A stretch of 64,000 bases of DNA from Pseudomonadota bacterium. GTDB lineage: Bacteria; Pseudomonadota; Alphaproteobacteria; UBA2136; JAPKEQ01. This document shows, one piece after another, positions 29,761 through 38,106 of the stretch (the stretch's first letter is position 1; the number at the start of each line of letters is the position of its first letter). Under the pieces are notes generated by a model. The model was given only the letters and a program-made list of their open reading frames with translations, was not told the origin of the DNA and ran no database searches. The position numbers and the translations under genes are program-made. Location of the stretch: positions 613 through 64,612 of the forward strand of contig JAYZXF010000018.1 in the NCBI GenBank assembly GCA_036141575.1, in the 5' to 3' direction.

Positions 29761-30216
29761 TTATGTGAGCGTTTTGCTAAAAATGCTTTTGTCACCATCT
29801 TGACCATGCTTTTTCCAACCAAGATTTTGGTAATAACCTTCAATGCCTTCATCTGCGATAAGGTAAATCACATCAAGGTATTCTGCCTTTGCTGCGGCTT
29901 CTACATGGTCACAAAGAGAACGACCTATATGCTTTTTCCGGTTGATTGGCTCCACATATAAGTTGGCAAGGGCGGGGATTGGGTTTTTCTTTTCTGCGAT
30001 ATGCCATGTCGTAAGTTGGACACACCCTGTAGGCTCACCATCCCATAAGGCGATCCAAAAATCACCAAACTCATCAGGAGAGAGGCGTTTGTGAAGCCAT
30101 GATTCATAGTCTGATGTGTTAAGACCCGAAAGTTGTCCCCATGTTTCGCTGCACCACTTGGCAACGAGGGGGATATGTTGTGGCAGAGATTTTAGCGGTT
30201 GAATACTCAGCGCCAT
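29761..30216 (-). CDS. GNAT family N-acetyltransferase
   Basis: About 150 aa with an R-x-x-H-I-G-R-S-L acetyl-CoA loop-like motif. ATG at 30216 lies 4 nt after the upstream stop. Confidence 0.6.
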   Translation of the reverse strand: MALSIQPLKSLPQHIPLVAKWCSETWGQLSGLNTSDYESWLHKRLSPDEFGDFWIALWDGEPTGCVQLTTWHIAEKKNPIPALANLYVEPINRKKHIGRSLCDHVEAAAKAEYLDVIYLIADEGIEGYYQNLGWKKHGQDGDKSIFSKTLT

Positions 30217-30220
30217 GGTT

Positions 30221-31240
30221 TTATGAAATTTTATCCAAATGTTCGACAAATGTACGTGTCAGCATCACATGCTTTTCTAAGATTGGAATATCTTCATTTG
30301 AAAAGGCTGGCTTTGTAATGGCGCGTGGCTCAAATAGGTTGTTACTGTAAGGCATAAGGAAGGCCACGTAGTTCTCATAGAAGCTAACCTCAATAGGGGC
30401 ATTAAATAGGTTAAGGCTAATTTTCTGGATAAGGCTCAATGTTTCTGGATGAGCAAGGTTTGTCGCCTCTGTTTGTTGTGTCGTGTAGATATCTAGCCAT
30501 GACACATTACCTGTTGCAGGAAGTTTTACTCCTGAAAGGCCTTGTTTAATTTGGGCTTCTTTTTCAAGCTTTGTTCCGCGTTTAGACGTCATGATGGTAT
30601 GACCTGTAAACTTGGTAGGGCGCACAATAATCATTGACATGCCACGTGTCACAGGCAGACCTTTTACGCGTTTATCTTTTACATGTTTTGGTTTTGCGCG
30701 AGCAGGGTTGCTAACCACTGTTTCAGCAAACTCAACTTTGCTGTTGTCGATATTTCCACCAATAAAGTCTTCCATGTGGAGGGCATACCTTGGAGGAATA
30801 AGGCCACTGCGCTTAAGGGCTTTTTCGTTAAGTGGACGCTTGGGCATGTATGAAAAATCACCAAGAAGTCTTACGAGCTCAGGCATGAATTCAGCTTTAA
30901 AAGCTTTGCGGTAGCTATGTACAGGTAGGTAAGCAAAGGCGCCAATAAATAGAAAGCCTCCACCAAGAGTCTGCATGAGAACAGATTCATTTAAACCTGA
31001 AAAGAGTGTGAGGTATACACCGGCAATTAGGGCAAAGATAAGTCCTAAAATAATACGCCTGTTATGTTGCTTGAGGTAAGCAAGACGCTGTTGCTCAATT
31101 CTGTCAATTAGTCTGGTAATGTTGGTTTTTTGAGTTGGAGCACGAGAAACAAGTTCAGTGCCTTCAATAGAAACAACACCCCCTTCGCCGGATCCTTTAG
31201 ACGTAAGTTCTGTAAAGTTTGGCGAAGGAGGGTTTGACAT
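30221..31240 (-). CDS. membrane protein, DUF3137-like (tentative)
   Basis: N-terminal soluble segment, two adjacent TM helices (IILGLIFALIAGVYLTLF, GGGFLFIGAFAYLPV), then a ~220-aa domain. The family call is from memory of this architecture only. Confidence 0.5.
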   Translation of the reverse strand: MSNPPSPNFTELTSKGSGEGGVVSIEGTELVSRAPTQKTNITRLIDRIEQQRLAYLKQHNRRIILGLIFALIAGVYLTLFSGLNESVLMQTLGGGFLFIGAFAYLPVHSYRKAFKAEFMPELVRLLGDFSYMPKRPLNEKALKRSGLIPPRYALHMEDFIGGNIDNSKVEFAETVVSNPARAKPKHVKDKRVKGLPVTRGMSMIIVRPTKFTGHTIMTSKRGTKLEKEAQIKQGLSGVKLPATGNVSWLDIYTTQQTEATNLAHPETLSLIQKISLNLFNAPIEVSFYENYVAFLMPYSNNLFEPRAITKPAFSNEDIPILEKHVMLTRTFVEHLDKIS

Positions 31241-31246
31241 GAGGTA

Positions 31247-31798
31247 TTAGCCTTTTGATGCCAGTGGAGACATCACCATAATCATTTGGCGACCTTCCAT
31301 CTTTGGCCTTTGATCCACTTTTGCGATTTCTTTGAAATCAGCTTCAATGCGATCAAGCATTTGAGTTCCAAGATCTTTGTGTGTAATCTCACGACCTCTG
31401 AAGCGTAGGTTAATTTTAACTTTATCGCCTTTTTCAATAAACTGGCGAGCCTTCTTCATTTTAATCTGATAGTCGTGCTCTTCAGTACCTGGGCGAATAG
31501 AAATTTCTTTCACAGTCACAACGTGCTGCTTCTTACGCGTTTCAGCCGCTTTTTTCTGTGTTTGGTATTTTAGTTTACCGTAATCTTGAATTTTACAAAC
31601 TGGAGGTTCAGCGTTTGGTGAAACTTCAATTAGGTCTAGGCCAGCCATTTCAGCGCGTTCAATCGCTTTTTCAAGTGGCATTACACCAAGTTGTTCACCT
31701 TCTTCCGTAATGACACGGACATTTGCTGCAAGAATTGAACGGTTGATTCTGTACAATTCATCTTTCTTTGGGGCTTGGCGCCCTCTGTAAGTATTAAT
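31247..31798 (-). CDS. infC: translation initiation factor IF-3, probable AUU start codon
   Basis: IF-3 N- and C-terminal domain motifs (DLIEVSPNAEPPVCKI, RFRGREI). AGGAG lies 7 nt upstream of an in-frame ATT at 31798. An in-frame TAA five codons further upstream rules out any longer N-terminal extension. Confidence 0.8.
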   Translation of the reverse strand: MNTYRGRQAPKKDELYRINRSILAANVRVITEEGEQLGVMPLEKAIERAEMAGLDLIEVSPNAEPPVCKIQDYGKLKYQTQKKAAETRKKQHVVTVKEISIRPGTEEHDYQIKMKKARQFIEKGDKVKINLRFRGREITHKDLGTQMLDRIEADFKEIAKVDQRPKMEGRQMIMVMSPLASKG

Positions 31799-31895
31799 GG
31801 TATCTCTCCTTATGTCTCATTTATACCGTTTGATTTATATATTGAAGCACAAGCACGCCTGACTTGTAAATGGTCAGACGTGTTTATGACATAAC

Positions 31896-33881
31896 TTAAG
31901 CTGCTGATTTTTCTTGTGACACTTCGGGGCGTTGCCTGTTTGCAATCTCTTCCTTCAGTGCGTTAATCAAATCATCTGTGCTAAATATTGTTTGTTTTTG
32001 GCTACCAAGGCGACGAACAGTCACTTGGTCGTTTTCGATCTCGCGGTCACCAAGAACAAGAATCACAGGTGTCTTCTGGTGCGAGTGTTCACGCACTTTG
32101 TAAGACACTTTCTCGTTTCTAAGGTCGCTTTCTACACGGAAACCTTCTGCACGTAGACGTTTTTCAAGTTCTACAACAGCGTCATTATGCTTTTCGCTAA
32201 TGCCCATCACGCAAATTTGCGTTGGTGAAAGCCATAGCGGCATGTGGCCTGCGTAGTTTTCAATCAGAATACCAATAAAGCGCTCAAGTGAACCAAGTAG
32301 AGCACGGTGAATCATCACTGGATACTTACGCTCGTTATCTTCAGTCACATATTCAGCATCGAGGTTTTTCGGTAGAATGAAGTCCATCTGAACTGTACCA
32401 CACTGCCAGTCACGGCCGAGGCAATCTTTCAAAACAAACTCAAGCTTTGGTCCGTAGAAGGCACCTTCACCTGGGTTAAGTACCCATTCTAGGCCTGCTG
32501 CATCACATGCGTTTCTAAGAGCTGCTTCTGCATTATCCCAAACATCATCTGAGCCGGCACGTGTTTCAGGGCGGTCAGAGAATTTTACGAACATGTCCGT
32601 GAAGCCCATTTCAGAGTAAATCTCTTTAATAAGTTCACAAAGTTTAACAACTTCGCTTTCAATTTGCTCTTCTGTACAGAAAACGTGGGCATCATCTTGC
32701 GTCATAGATGTGACGCGCATAATACCATGCAGGGCACCCGTTGCTTCATTACGCATGCACGTACCAAACTCACTCATGCGGAGTGGAAGGTCACGGTAAC
32801 TCTTAATGCCTTGGTTAAAGATTTGTACGTGGCAAGGGCAGTTCATTGGCTTCATAGCAAATGTACGACCATCATCTTCACGAACGATGAACATGTTTTC
32901 TTCACCAAACTTATCCCAGTGACCACTCGCTTTGTAGAGGTCATTCTTAATTAGCTGAGGCGTGTTCACTTCTTGGTAGTTATGACGCGCAAGCTTTTCA
33001 CGAATGTACTTTTGTAGTTCTAGGAAAACTGTCCAGCCTTTAGCATGCCAGAATACTTGGCCTGGTGCTTCTTCTTGCAAATGGAACCAGTCGAGAGCAG
33101 GACCAATTTTACGGTGGTCACGCTTTGCAGCTTCCTCAAGCATATGTTGGTGGGCTTTAAGTTCTTTTTCTGTTGCAAAGCTAAGTCCGTAAATACGTGT
33201 CAGCATCGCGTTGTTACTGTCACCACGCCAGTAAGCACCAGCAAGGTTAGTCAGTGTGAAGGCTTTAGAGATTTTACCTGTTGATGGCACATGAGGGCCA
33301 CGACATAGATCAATAAAGTCTTCGCCATTTTCTAGCTTCTGGCGGTACACAGAGAGGTCTTTACCATCAATAAGGTCACCTTTTTCAATCGCCATTTGTA
33401 CGATGTCTGCTTTGTAAGTTTCGCCTTTGTCCTCAAAGTATTTCTTCACTTCGCCGGCATTCCAAAGTTCACGTTGTACAGGGTTATCTTCGGCAATAAT
33501 CTCACGCATTTTCTTTTCGATCTTTGGAAGATCGTCACTTGAGATTGGCTCTTCAAAGTCGATGTCGTAGTAAAACCCGTGCTCAACAGTTGGGCCAATT
33601 GCCAGTTTAGCTGTTGGGTAAAGCATTTTTACCGCACGAGCAAGTGTTTGCGCAGTTGTTGTGTGGCGCATGACATCCATACCTTGCTCATCTTTTAAGG
33701 TGAGAAGAGAAACGGTTCGGTCAGACGCGATCGTTCGAGAAAGGTCACGCTGTTCGCCATCTACGGTCATGGCAACAGCAGCTTTCGCAAGTCCTGGCCC
33801 AATGCTCGCAGCAATGTCAAAACCAGTGATTGGACTATCGAATTCTCTTTTACTTCCATCTGGAAGAGTAATGATAGGCAT
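31896..33881 (-). CDS. thrS: threonine--tRNA ligase
   Basis: TGS domain at the N-terminus, class II core, HRALLGSLERF; 661 aa. Confidence 0.95.
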   Translation of the reverse strand: MPIITLPDGSKREFDSPITGFDIAASIGPGLAKAAVAMTVDGEQRDLSRTIASDRTVSLLTLKDEQGMDVMRHTTTAQTLARAVKMLYPTAKLAIGPTVEHGFYYDIDFEEPISSDDLPKIEKKMREIIAEDNPVQRELWNAGEVKKYFEDKGETYKADIVQMAIEKGDLIDGKDLSVYRQKLENGEDFIDLCRGPHVPSTGKISKAFTLTNLAGAYWRGDSNNAMLTRIYGLSFATEKELKAHQHMLEEAAKRDHRKIGPALDWFHLQEEAPGQVFWHAKGWTVFLELQKYIREKLARHNYQEVNTPQLIKNDLYKASGHWDKFGEENMFIVREDDGRTFAMKPMNCPCHVQIFNQGIKSYRDLPLRMSEFGTCMRNEATGALHGIMRVTSMTQDDAHVFCTEEQIESEVVKLCELIKEIYSEMGFTDMFVKFSDRPETRAGSDDVWDNAEAALRNACDAAGLEWVLNPGEGAFYGPKLEFVLKDCLGRDWQCGTVQMDFILPKNLDAEYVTEDNERKYPVMIHRALLGSLERFIGILIENYAGHMPLWLSPTQICVMGISEKHNDAVVELEKRLRAEGFRVESDLRNEKVSYKVREHSHQKTPVILVLGDREIENDQVTVRRLGSQKQTIFSTDDLINALKEEIANRQRPEVSQEKSAA

Positions 33882-33934
33882 CTGTTGTTTCTACTTTCTA
33901 TATTTAAAACTCTTGCTTGTTCTACTGTATGGTG

Positions 33935-34033
33935 CTGCAAATCGTTTCTTCTTACGTGTTGGTGCTCATGTACAGTGAAGTACACTGCGCGCCAAGCCTC
34001 ATAAAAAACAATTTTCGCTGGCCATACAACGAA
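33935..34033. repeat. intergenic repeat, family 1, copy upstream of thrS
   Basis: The 99-nt block aligns with 36623-36721, with about two-thirds of positions identical by eye and three 1-nt indels. Weaker similarity continues for about 70 nt more. Confidence 0.75.
33969..33984. promoter_or_regulatory. dyad TGTAC-N6-GTACA (also readable as TGTA-N8-TACA)
   Basis: Perfect 5-bp inverted arms inside the family-1 repeat, 88-103 nt upstream of the thrS ATG. Confidence 0.4.
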
Positions 34034-34111
34034 CAACCTAAAAGTTTTTGGGTTGCTTTATTAAAATGTGCTCTATTTTTACGCAAAATCAGAGGTTTTC
34101 GCAAGATAAAG

Positions 34112-34148
34112 CCACAAAAAAAGAACCCCTTTCAGACGAAAGAGGTCC
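34112..34148 (-). terminator. rho-independent terminator after ppa
   Basis: Minus-strand stem cctctttc / gaaagggg (one mismatch) followed by TTTTTTTG. Confidence 0.7.
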
Positions 34149-34165
34149 TTTTTAAATTTGCGAGG

Positions 34166-34702
34166 TTACGCAGCTTTGCTTTTTAGGCGCTCAACACCCT
34201 CAACAATTACGTTTTTAGCTGCTGCAGCATCACCCCAACCGCCAAGTTTAACCCACTTGCCTTCTTCAAGGTTTTTGTAACCTTTGTAGAACTGTTCCAT
34301 TTGCTCTTTAAAGAGAGCTGGAAGGTCATCGACGCTGCCCACGTTCTCAAAGCGACGGTCAAGCTTTGTGTGTGGTACACAGATCAGCTTTTCGTCCATG
34401 CCTGATTCATCTTCTGTGATCAGCATACCGATTGGACGGCAACGTACAACAGCACCAGGAACAACATCAATGTCAGTGTAAACAAAAGCGTCTACAGGGT
34501 CACCGTCACCACCAAGTGTTTGGTTGATGTAGCCGTAGTGTGCAGGGAATACCATTGGCATTGGTGCAAAACGGTCTACAAAAACTGCGCCTGTGTCTTT
34601 ATCCACTTCGTATTTGATGTGTGGAAGGTGGCGTGGGTTTTCCACGATTACAAAAATATCATCAGGAGCATCTTTACCTGCTGGAACGTTCAAAAGAGAC
34701 AT
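34166..34702 (-). CDS. ppa: inorganic pyrophosphatase (family I)
   Basis: DGDPVDAFV and YGYINQTL motifs; 178 aa. Confidence 0.9.
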   Translation of the reverse strand: MSLLNVPAGKDAPDDIFVIVENPRHLPHIKYEVDKDTGAVFVDRFAPMPMVFPAHYGYINQTLGGDGDPVDAFVYTDIDVVPGAVVRCRPIGMLITEDESGMDEKLICVPHTKLDRRFENVGSVDDLPALFKEQMEQFYKGYKNLEEGKWVKLGGWGDAAAAKNVIVEGVERLKSKAA

Positions 34703-34830
34703 TGTGGTCTAATCCTTTGTGTTAAATTTAAAATCTTATTTGAGTTATACCGCCCTATAGAGCTTTTCGCAAGGGGCCAAGAGCAATCATCAGTGACAAA
34801 CTGAAAAAAAATTGTTAGGGTGCGTTCGTT

Positions 34831-35673
34831 ATGAGTTGGTTAAAAGAAATTGTACGTCCAAAAATCGCAACCCGATCTAAGCGGGATGTGACGCCTAATG
34901 TGTTTTCTAAATGTCCATCATGCGCAGAAATGCTGTATGAACGTGACCTGAAGAAAAATAACCGTGTCTGCATGAGTTGTGGGCATCATTTGCGTATTGA
35001 TGTGGAGACACGCCTGAACCTGATGATGGATGAAGGCTTTAAAGATGTGCCTCTTAAGCTTGACCATACAGATCCAATTGGTTTTAAAGATCGTAAGCGT
35101 TACAGTGATCGCCTCCGTGACGCAGGTTTCCAGAAGCGTGGCCGTGACGCCTATCGTGTAGTTAAAGGAACAATTGAAGGTGCGCCAGCAGTAGTCTGCG
35201 TATTTGATTTTGCTTTCATGGCAGGCTCGATGGGAACGCATGTTGGAAGTGCTCTTGTAAAAGCCGCTGAAAAAGCAGCAAAAGATAAGGCTGCCCTTAT
35301 TATTGTACCCGCTTCAGGTGGTGCACGTATGCAGGAAGGGATTCTCTCTCTTATGCAAATGGCACGCTCAACCGCTGCTATTCAAGAGGTGAAAGAAAAA
35401 GGCCTACCTTATATTGTGATGCTGACTGACCCAACAACGGGTGGTGTGAGTGCATCCTTTGCAATGCTTGGCGATATTATTGCTGCTGAACCTGGAGCTC
35501 TTATTGGATTTGCCGGTCCACGTGTGATTCAACAAACCATTGGTGAAACACTGCCAGAAGGTTTCCAAACAGCTGAGTACCTGCTTGAAAATGGTATGGT
35601 AGACAGTGTCGTGCCACGTGCTGAGCAAAAAGCATGGTTTGGTAAAACGCTCAATATTTTGATGAAGCGATAA
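34831..35673 (+). CDS. accD: acetyl-CoA carboxylase carboxyltransferase beta subunit
   Basis: N-terminal zinc ribbon CPSC...CMSCGHH and the carboxyltransferase domain. Confidence 0.9.
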   Translation: MSWLKEIVRPKIATRSKRDVTPNVFSKCPSCAEMLYERDLKKNNRVCMSCGHHLRIDVETRLNLMMDEGFKDVPLKLDHTDPIGFKDRKRYSDRLRDAGFQKRGRDAYRVVKGTIEGAPAVVCVFDFAFMAGSMGTHVGSALVKAAEKAAKDKAALIIVPASGGARMQEGILSLMQMARSTAAIQEVKEKGLPYIVMLTDPTTGGVSASFAMLGDIIAAEPGALIGFAGPRVIQQTIGETLPEGFQTAEYLLENGMVDSVVPRAEQKAWFGKTLNILMKR

Positions 35674-35690
35674 AGCGCTTTAAAGGAGAA

Positions 35691-35718
35691 CACCCGCCAT
35701 TCCGGCGGGTGTTTTGTT
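35691..35718 (+). terminator. rho-independent terminator after accD
   Basis: Stem cacccgcc / ggcgggtg followed by TTTTGTTT. Confidence 0.8.
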
Positions 35719-35729
35719 TAGGGAGGACT

Positions 35730-36590
35730 TTAAGCCACTTTGAGTTCTGTTTGTTTTTCTGCTTCTAGCATCTTGAGAGCGCGAATGATGCGCGTCACAC
35801 CGATACCACCACCAAAGCGTGGGAAGAAGTCATGTGAAAGGAACTCTTCAAGCTCTGTTTCTACACGTTCTTTACCAAACTTCTTGAACAGTAAATTGGC
35901 GTATTCACCGTCTGATATCGTGTGGAAGATCTCTCGCATTTGCTCTACGTCACAGCTGCGCTCAGCAGAACCAATTGTTTCCATGCCGTACATGAGGACA
36001 TCAATCTTGTTGGCGATGGTGCCTGTTTCGTTGAATTTCATGTTCCAGAATGGGCTGGTATAGCGTGGGAAGTGTGTAAGTAGGAAGGTATTACCGAAGT
36101 CTTCACCAATTTTTGTTTCTGTGTCGCCGCAGATATCAATGGTTTTGTAAGTTTTGGCCATTTCTGTGTAAGCGCCTGATGGGATGCTGGCAGCGTTGCC
36201 GAAACCTAGAAACTCAAGCAGTTCACGCTCAAGCTTTTCAAGTTCTTTAAGCCCGCCATGAGATTCAAACTCAAACATTGGGAAGATCGTTTCGTGACGA
36301 CCCGGAACAGGGTTAGGTTCTTGACGATAGCTTGTTGTTTGGCAAAATACGCCTTTGTATTGTGGGTTTTCTAAAAGTTCGTGCTCTAGCCACATTTGGC
36401 CTGTTTGTGGCAGAGGCCAAACTTCGCCTTCGTATTCGTATGTTGTAATGGTTGCTGGATCTTCACAGGCAGCAAGGATGCTTTTACGACTTTGGGTATG
36501 GACTTCTAGAAATCCTTTGGCCAAAAAAAACTCCCTAAGACGGGAGGTGGCGTTATGGAAATCTTCAGTATTGATGTGTTGGTTTATCAT
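35730..36590 (-). CDS. standalone class II aminoacyl-tRNA-synthetase-like catalytic core (AsnA/AsnRS-type paralogue, no anticodon-binding domain)
   Basis: Motif-2-like SYRQEPNPVPGRHETIFPMFEFE and motif-3-like FGGGIGVTRIIRAL. ATG at 36590 has AGGAG 5 nt upstream; the ORF-track TTG at 36620 is rejected. Confidence 0.65.
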   Translation of the reverse strand: MINQHINTEDFHNATSRLREFFLAKGFLEVHTQSRKSILAACEDPATITTYEYEGEVWPLPQTGQMWLEHELLENPQYKGVFCQTTSYRQEPNPVPGRHETIFPMFEFESHGGLKELEKLERELLEFLGFGNAASIPSGAYTEMAKTYKTIDICGDTETKIGEDFGNTFLLTHFPRYTSPFWNMKFNETGTIANKIDVLMYGMETIGSAERSCDVEQMREIFHTISDGEYANLLFKKFGKERVETELEEFLSHDFFPRFGGGIGVTRIIRALKMLEAEKQTELKVA

Positions 36591-36622
36591 GGTGTCTCCT
36601 AAGGAAATTCTACTATGCAATA

Positions 36623-36721
36623 CTGCAAATTTGTTTTTTCTGCGCTTCCGCTACTCAGGTACATTTTAGTACATTGCGTTGCGGGGCTCGTAAAAACAAA
36701 TTTTCGTGAATGCCTAGCGAA
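36623..36721. repeat. intergenic repeat, family 1, copy upstream of the aaRS-like gene
   Basis: Aligns with 33935-34033 in the same orientation relative to the downstream minus-strand gene. Confidence 0.75.
36658..36673. promoter_or_regulatory. dyad GGTAC-N6-GTACA
   Basis: Same position within the family-1 repeat as the thrS-upstream dyad; one outer mismatch. Confidence 0.35.
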
Positions 36722-36758
36722 TTTATATTTGTTTTTTTTGTTTCCTTAGGTAAGTAGT

Positions 36759-36911
36759 GTGGCGAGATTTTTCTGTAAAATCAACCACATTGTTTTCTTG
36801 GAGAATTTCAAAACCTGTGAGATTCTAAAGGTCTGTTCTCCTAATTCTCGGCGCCTCCTTTTTATTTTATCTTCGCTTAAGTACTTGCCTGTACTTTACG
36901 CTCATCTAAAA
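36759..36911. repeat. intergenic repeat, family 2, copy B (upstream of the GT4 gene)
   Basis: Aligns with 16733-16880 and carries a degenerate -24/-12-like sequence TGGCGA-N5-TTCTG at 36760-36775. Confidence 0.75.
36880..36895. promoter_or_regulatory. dyad AGTAC-N6-GTACT
   Basis: Perfect 5-bp inverted arms inside family-2 copy B. In copy A (16846-16864) the spacing is broken by 3 extra nt. Confidence 0.35.
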
Positions 36912-36966
36912 GAAAAAATAGCTCACCGAATAATCAGAAGAATTGTTGCTTAAAATATGGTAAATA

Positions 36967-38106
36967 ATGGGTATGAGTAAGAAACCAACGATTTTGCAAT
37001 TAACACCAGCTCTGCATCAGGGTGGGGTGGAACGCGGCACTGTGGAAATGGCGAACTTTTTACATGAAGCAGGCTGGGGCAGTGTTGTGGCTTCTGCAGG
37101 TGGATCTATGAAACGTGATTTAGAACGTGACGTTTTGCACCTCAACATTTCTATGAAGCGTAAAACACCTATTGAAATTGCAAAGGCATATTTCAAACTG
37201 GTTGCTTATATAAAAGAAAACCCAGTTGATCTCATCCACGCGCGCTCTCGTGTTCCGGCTTGGGTGGCCTATTTTGTCTCTCGTAAAACAGGAGTGCCAT
37301 ATCTCACCACATACCATGGTACATATGGCATGCAGAATGCCTTTAAGAAGTTTTATAACAGCGCCATGGTGCGTGGTCGCCATGTTATTGCTATTTCTAA
37401 GTTTATTGAAACGCATGTGAATCAATATTTTCCAAGCCATCCAGACATGTCTCTGGCATATAGAGGGTTTGATGTATCAAGATTTCAATACAGCAACACA
37501 GTGCTCAAGGCTGCTGAAGAATTGCGAGAGAAGTATAGCTTTCACGTAGGTGTTCCTATTTTAATGCTTCCCGGACGTGTGACACGTTGGAAAGGGCAGG
37601 TTGAGTTTATTGAAGCACTTGCAAGCTTAAAAGATCTAGACTTCTATGCCCTTCTTGTTGGAGGCGCTGAAGAAAAGCAAAAGCCGTACCTAGAAGAACT
37701 TAAAGGCATGGTTTCTAAATATGGTTTAGAAGATCGGGTAATATTTGCGGGGAATGCTGAGAACATTGTACCGTACTACGCCTTAAGTGATGTGGTGGTC
37801 GCGCCATCAAGCTCTCCAGAAGCATTTGGGCGTACGCCTATTGAAGCCAGTTGTATGGCAAAGCCTATTGTAGCAACGGCTCATGGCGGTGCACTTGAAA
37901 CGATTAAAGATGGTGAGACAGGTTTTCACTTTGCAGTTGGTGACATAAAAGGTATGGCGAAAATACTACGCAGCCTCATAGAGAATGAGCCTTTAAGGAG
38001 AAAACTTGGGGAAAACGGGAAGTCTTTTGTGGAAAAAACCTTTACACTAAAGAATATGTGTAACGCGGAACTATCTGCGTATAAACAAGTTTTAAAGGTA
38101 AAGTAA
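36967..38106 (+). CDS. glycosyltransferase family 4 (GT-B, group 1)
   Basis: C-terminal E-x7-E region SSSPEAFGRTPIEA and a GT-B layout. Confidence 0.8.
   Translation: MGMSKKPTILQLTPALHQGGVERGTVEMANFLHEAGWGSVVASAGGSMKRDLERDVLHLNISMKRKTPIEIAKAYFKLVAYIKENPVDLIHARSRVPAWVAYFVSRKTGVPYLTTYHGTYGMQNAFKKFYNSAMVRGRHVIAISKFIETHVNQYFPSHPDMSLAYRGFDVSRFQYSNTVLKAAEELREKYSFHVGVPILMLPGRVTRWKGQVEFIEALASLKDLDFYALLVGGAEEKQKPYLEELKGMVSKYGLEDRVIFAGNAENIVPYYALSDVVVAPSSSPEAFGRTPIEASCMAKPIVATAHGGALETIKDGETGFHFAVGDIKGMAKILRSLIENEPLRRKLGENGKSFVEKTFTLKNMCNAELSAYKQVLKVK

Noticed and set aside
33917-34186. 89-aa ORFs on both strands across the thrS-ppa spacer (33917..34186 + and 33767..34036 -).
   Set aside because: Neither has an SD, and one overlaps the thrS start and the ppa terminator. 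The homologous repeat upstream of the aaRS-like gene does not preserve either frame, so the region is treated as non-coding.
36760-36775. A second sigma-54-like sequence, TGGCGA-N5-TTCTG, in repeat copy B upstream of the GT4 gene.
   Set aside because: The near-invariant -12 GC dinucleotide is missing (CT instead). It is probably a decayed copy of the element, not a functional -24/-12 promoter.
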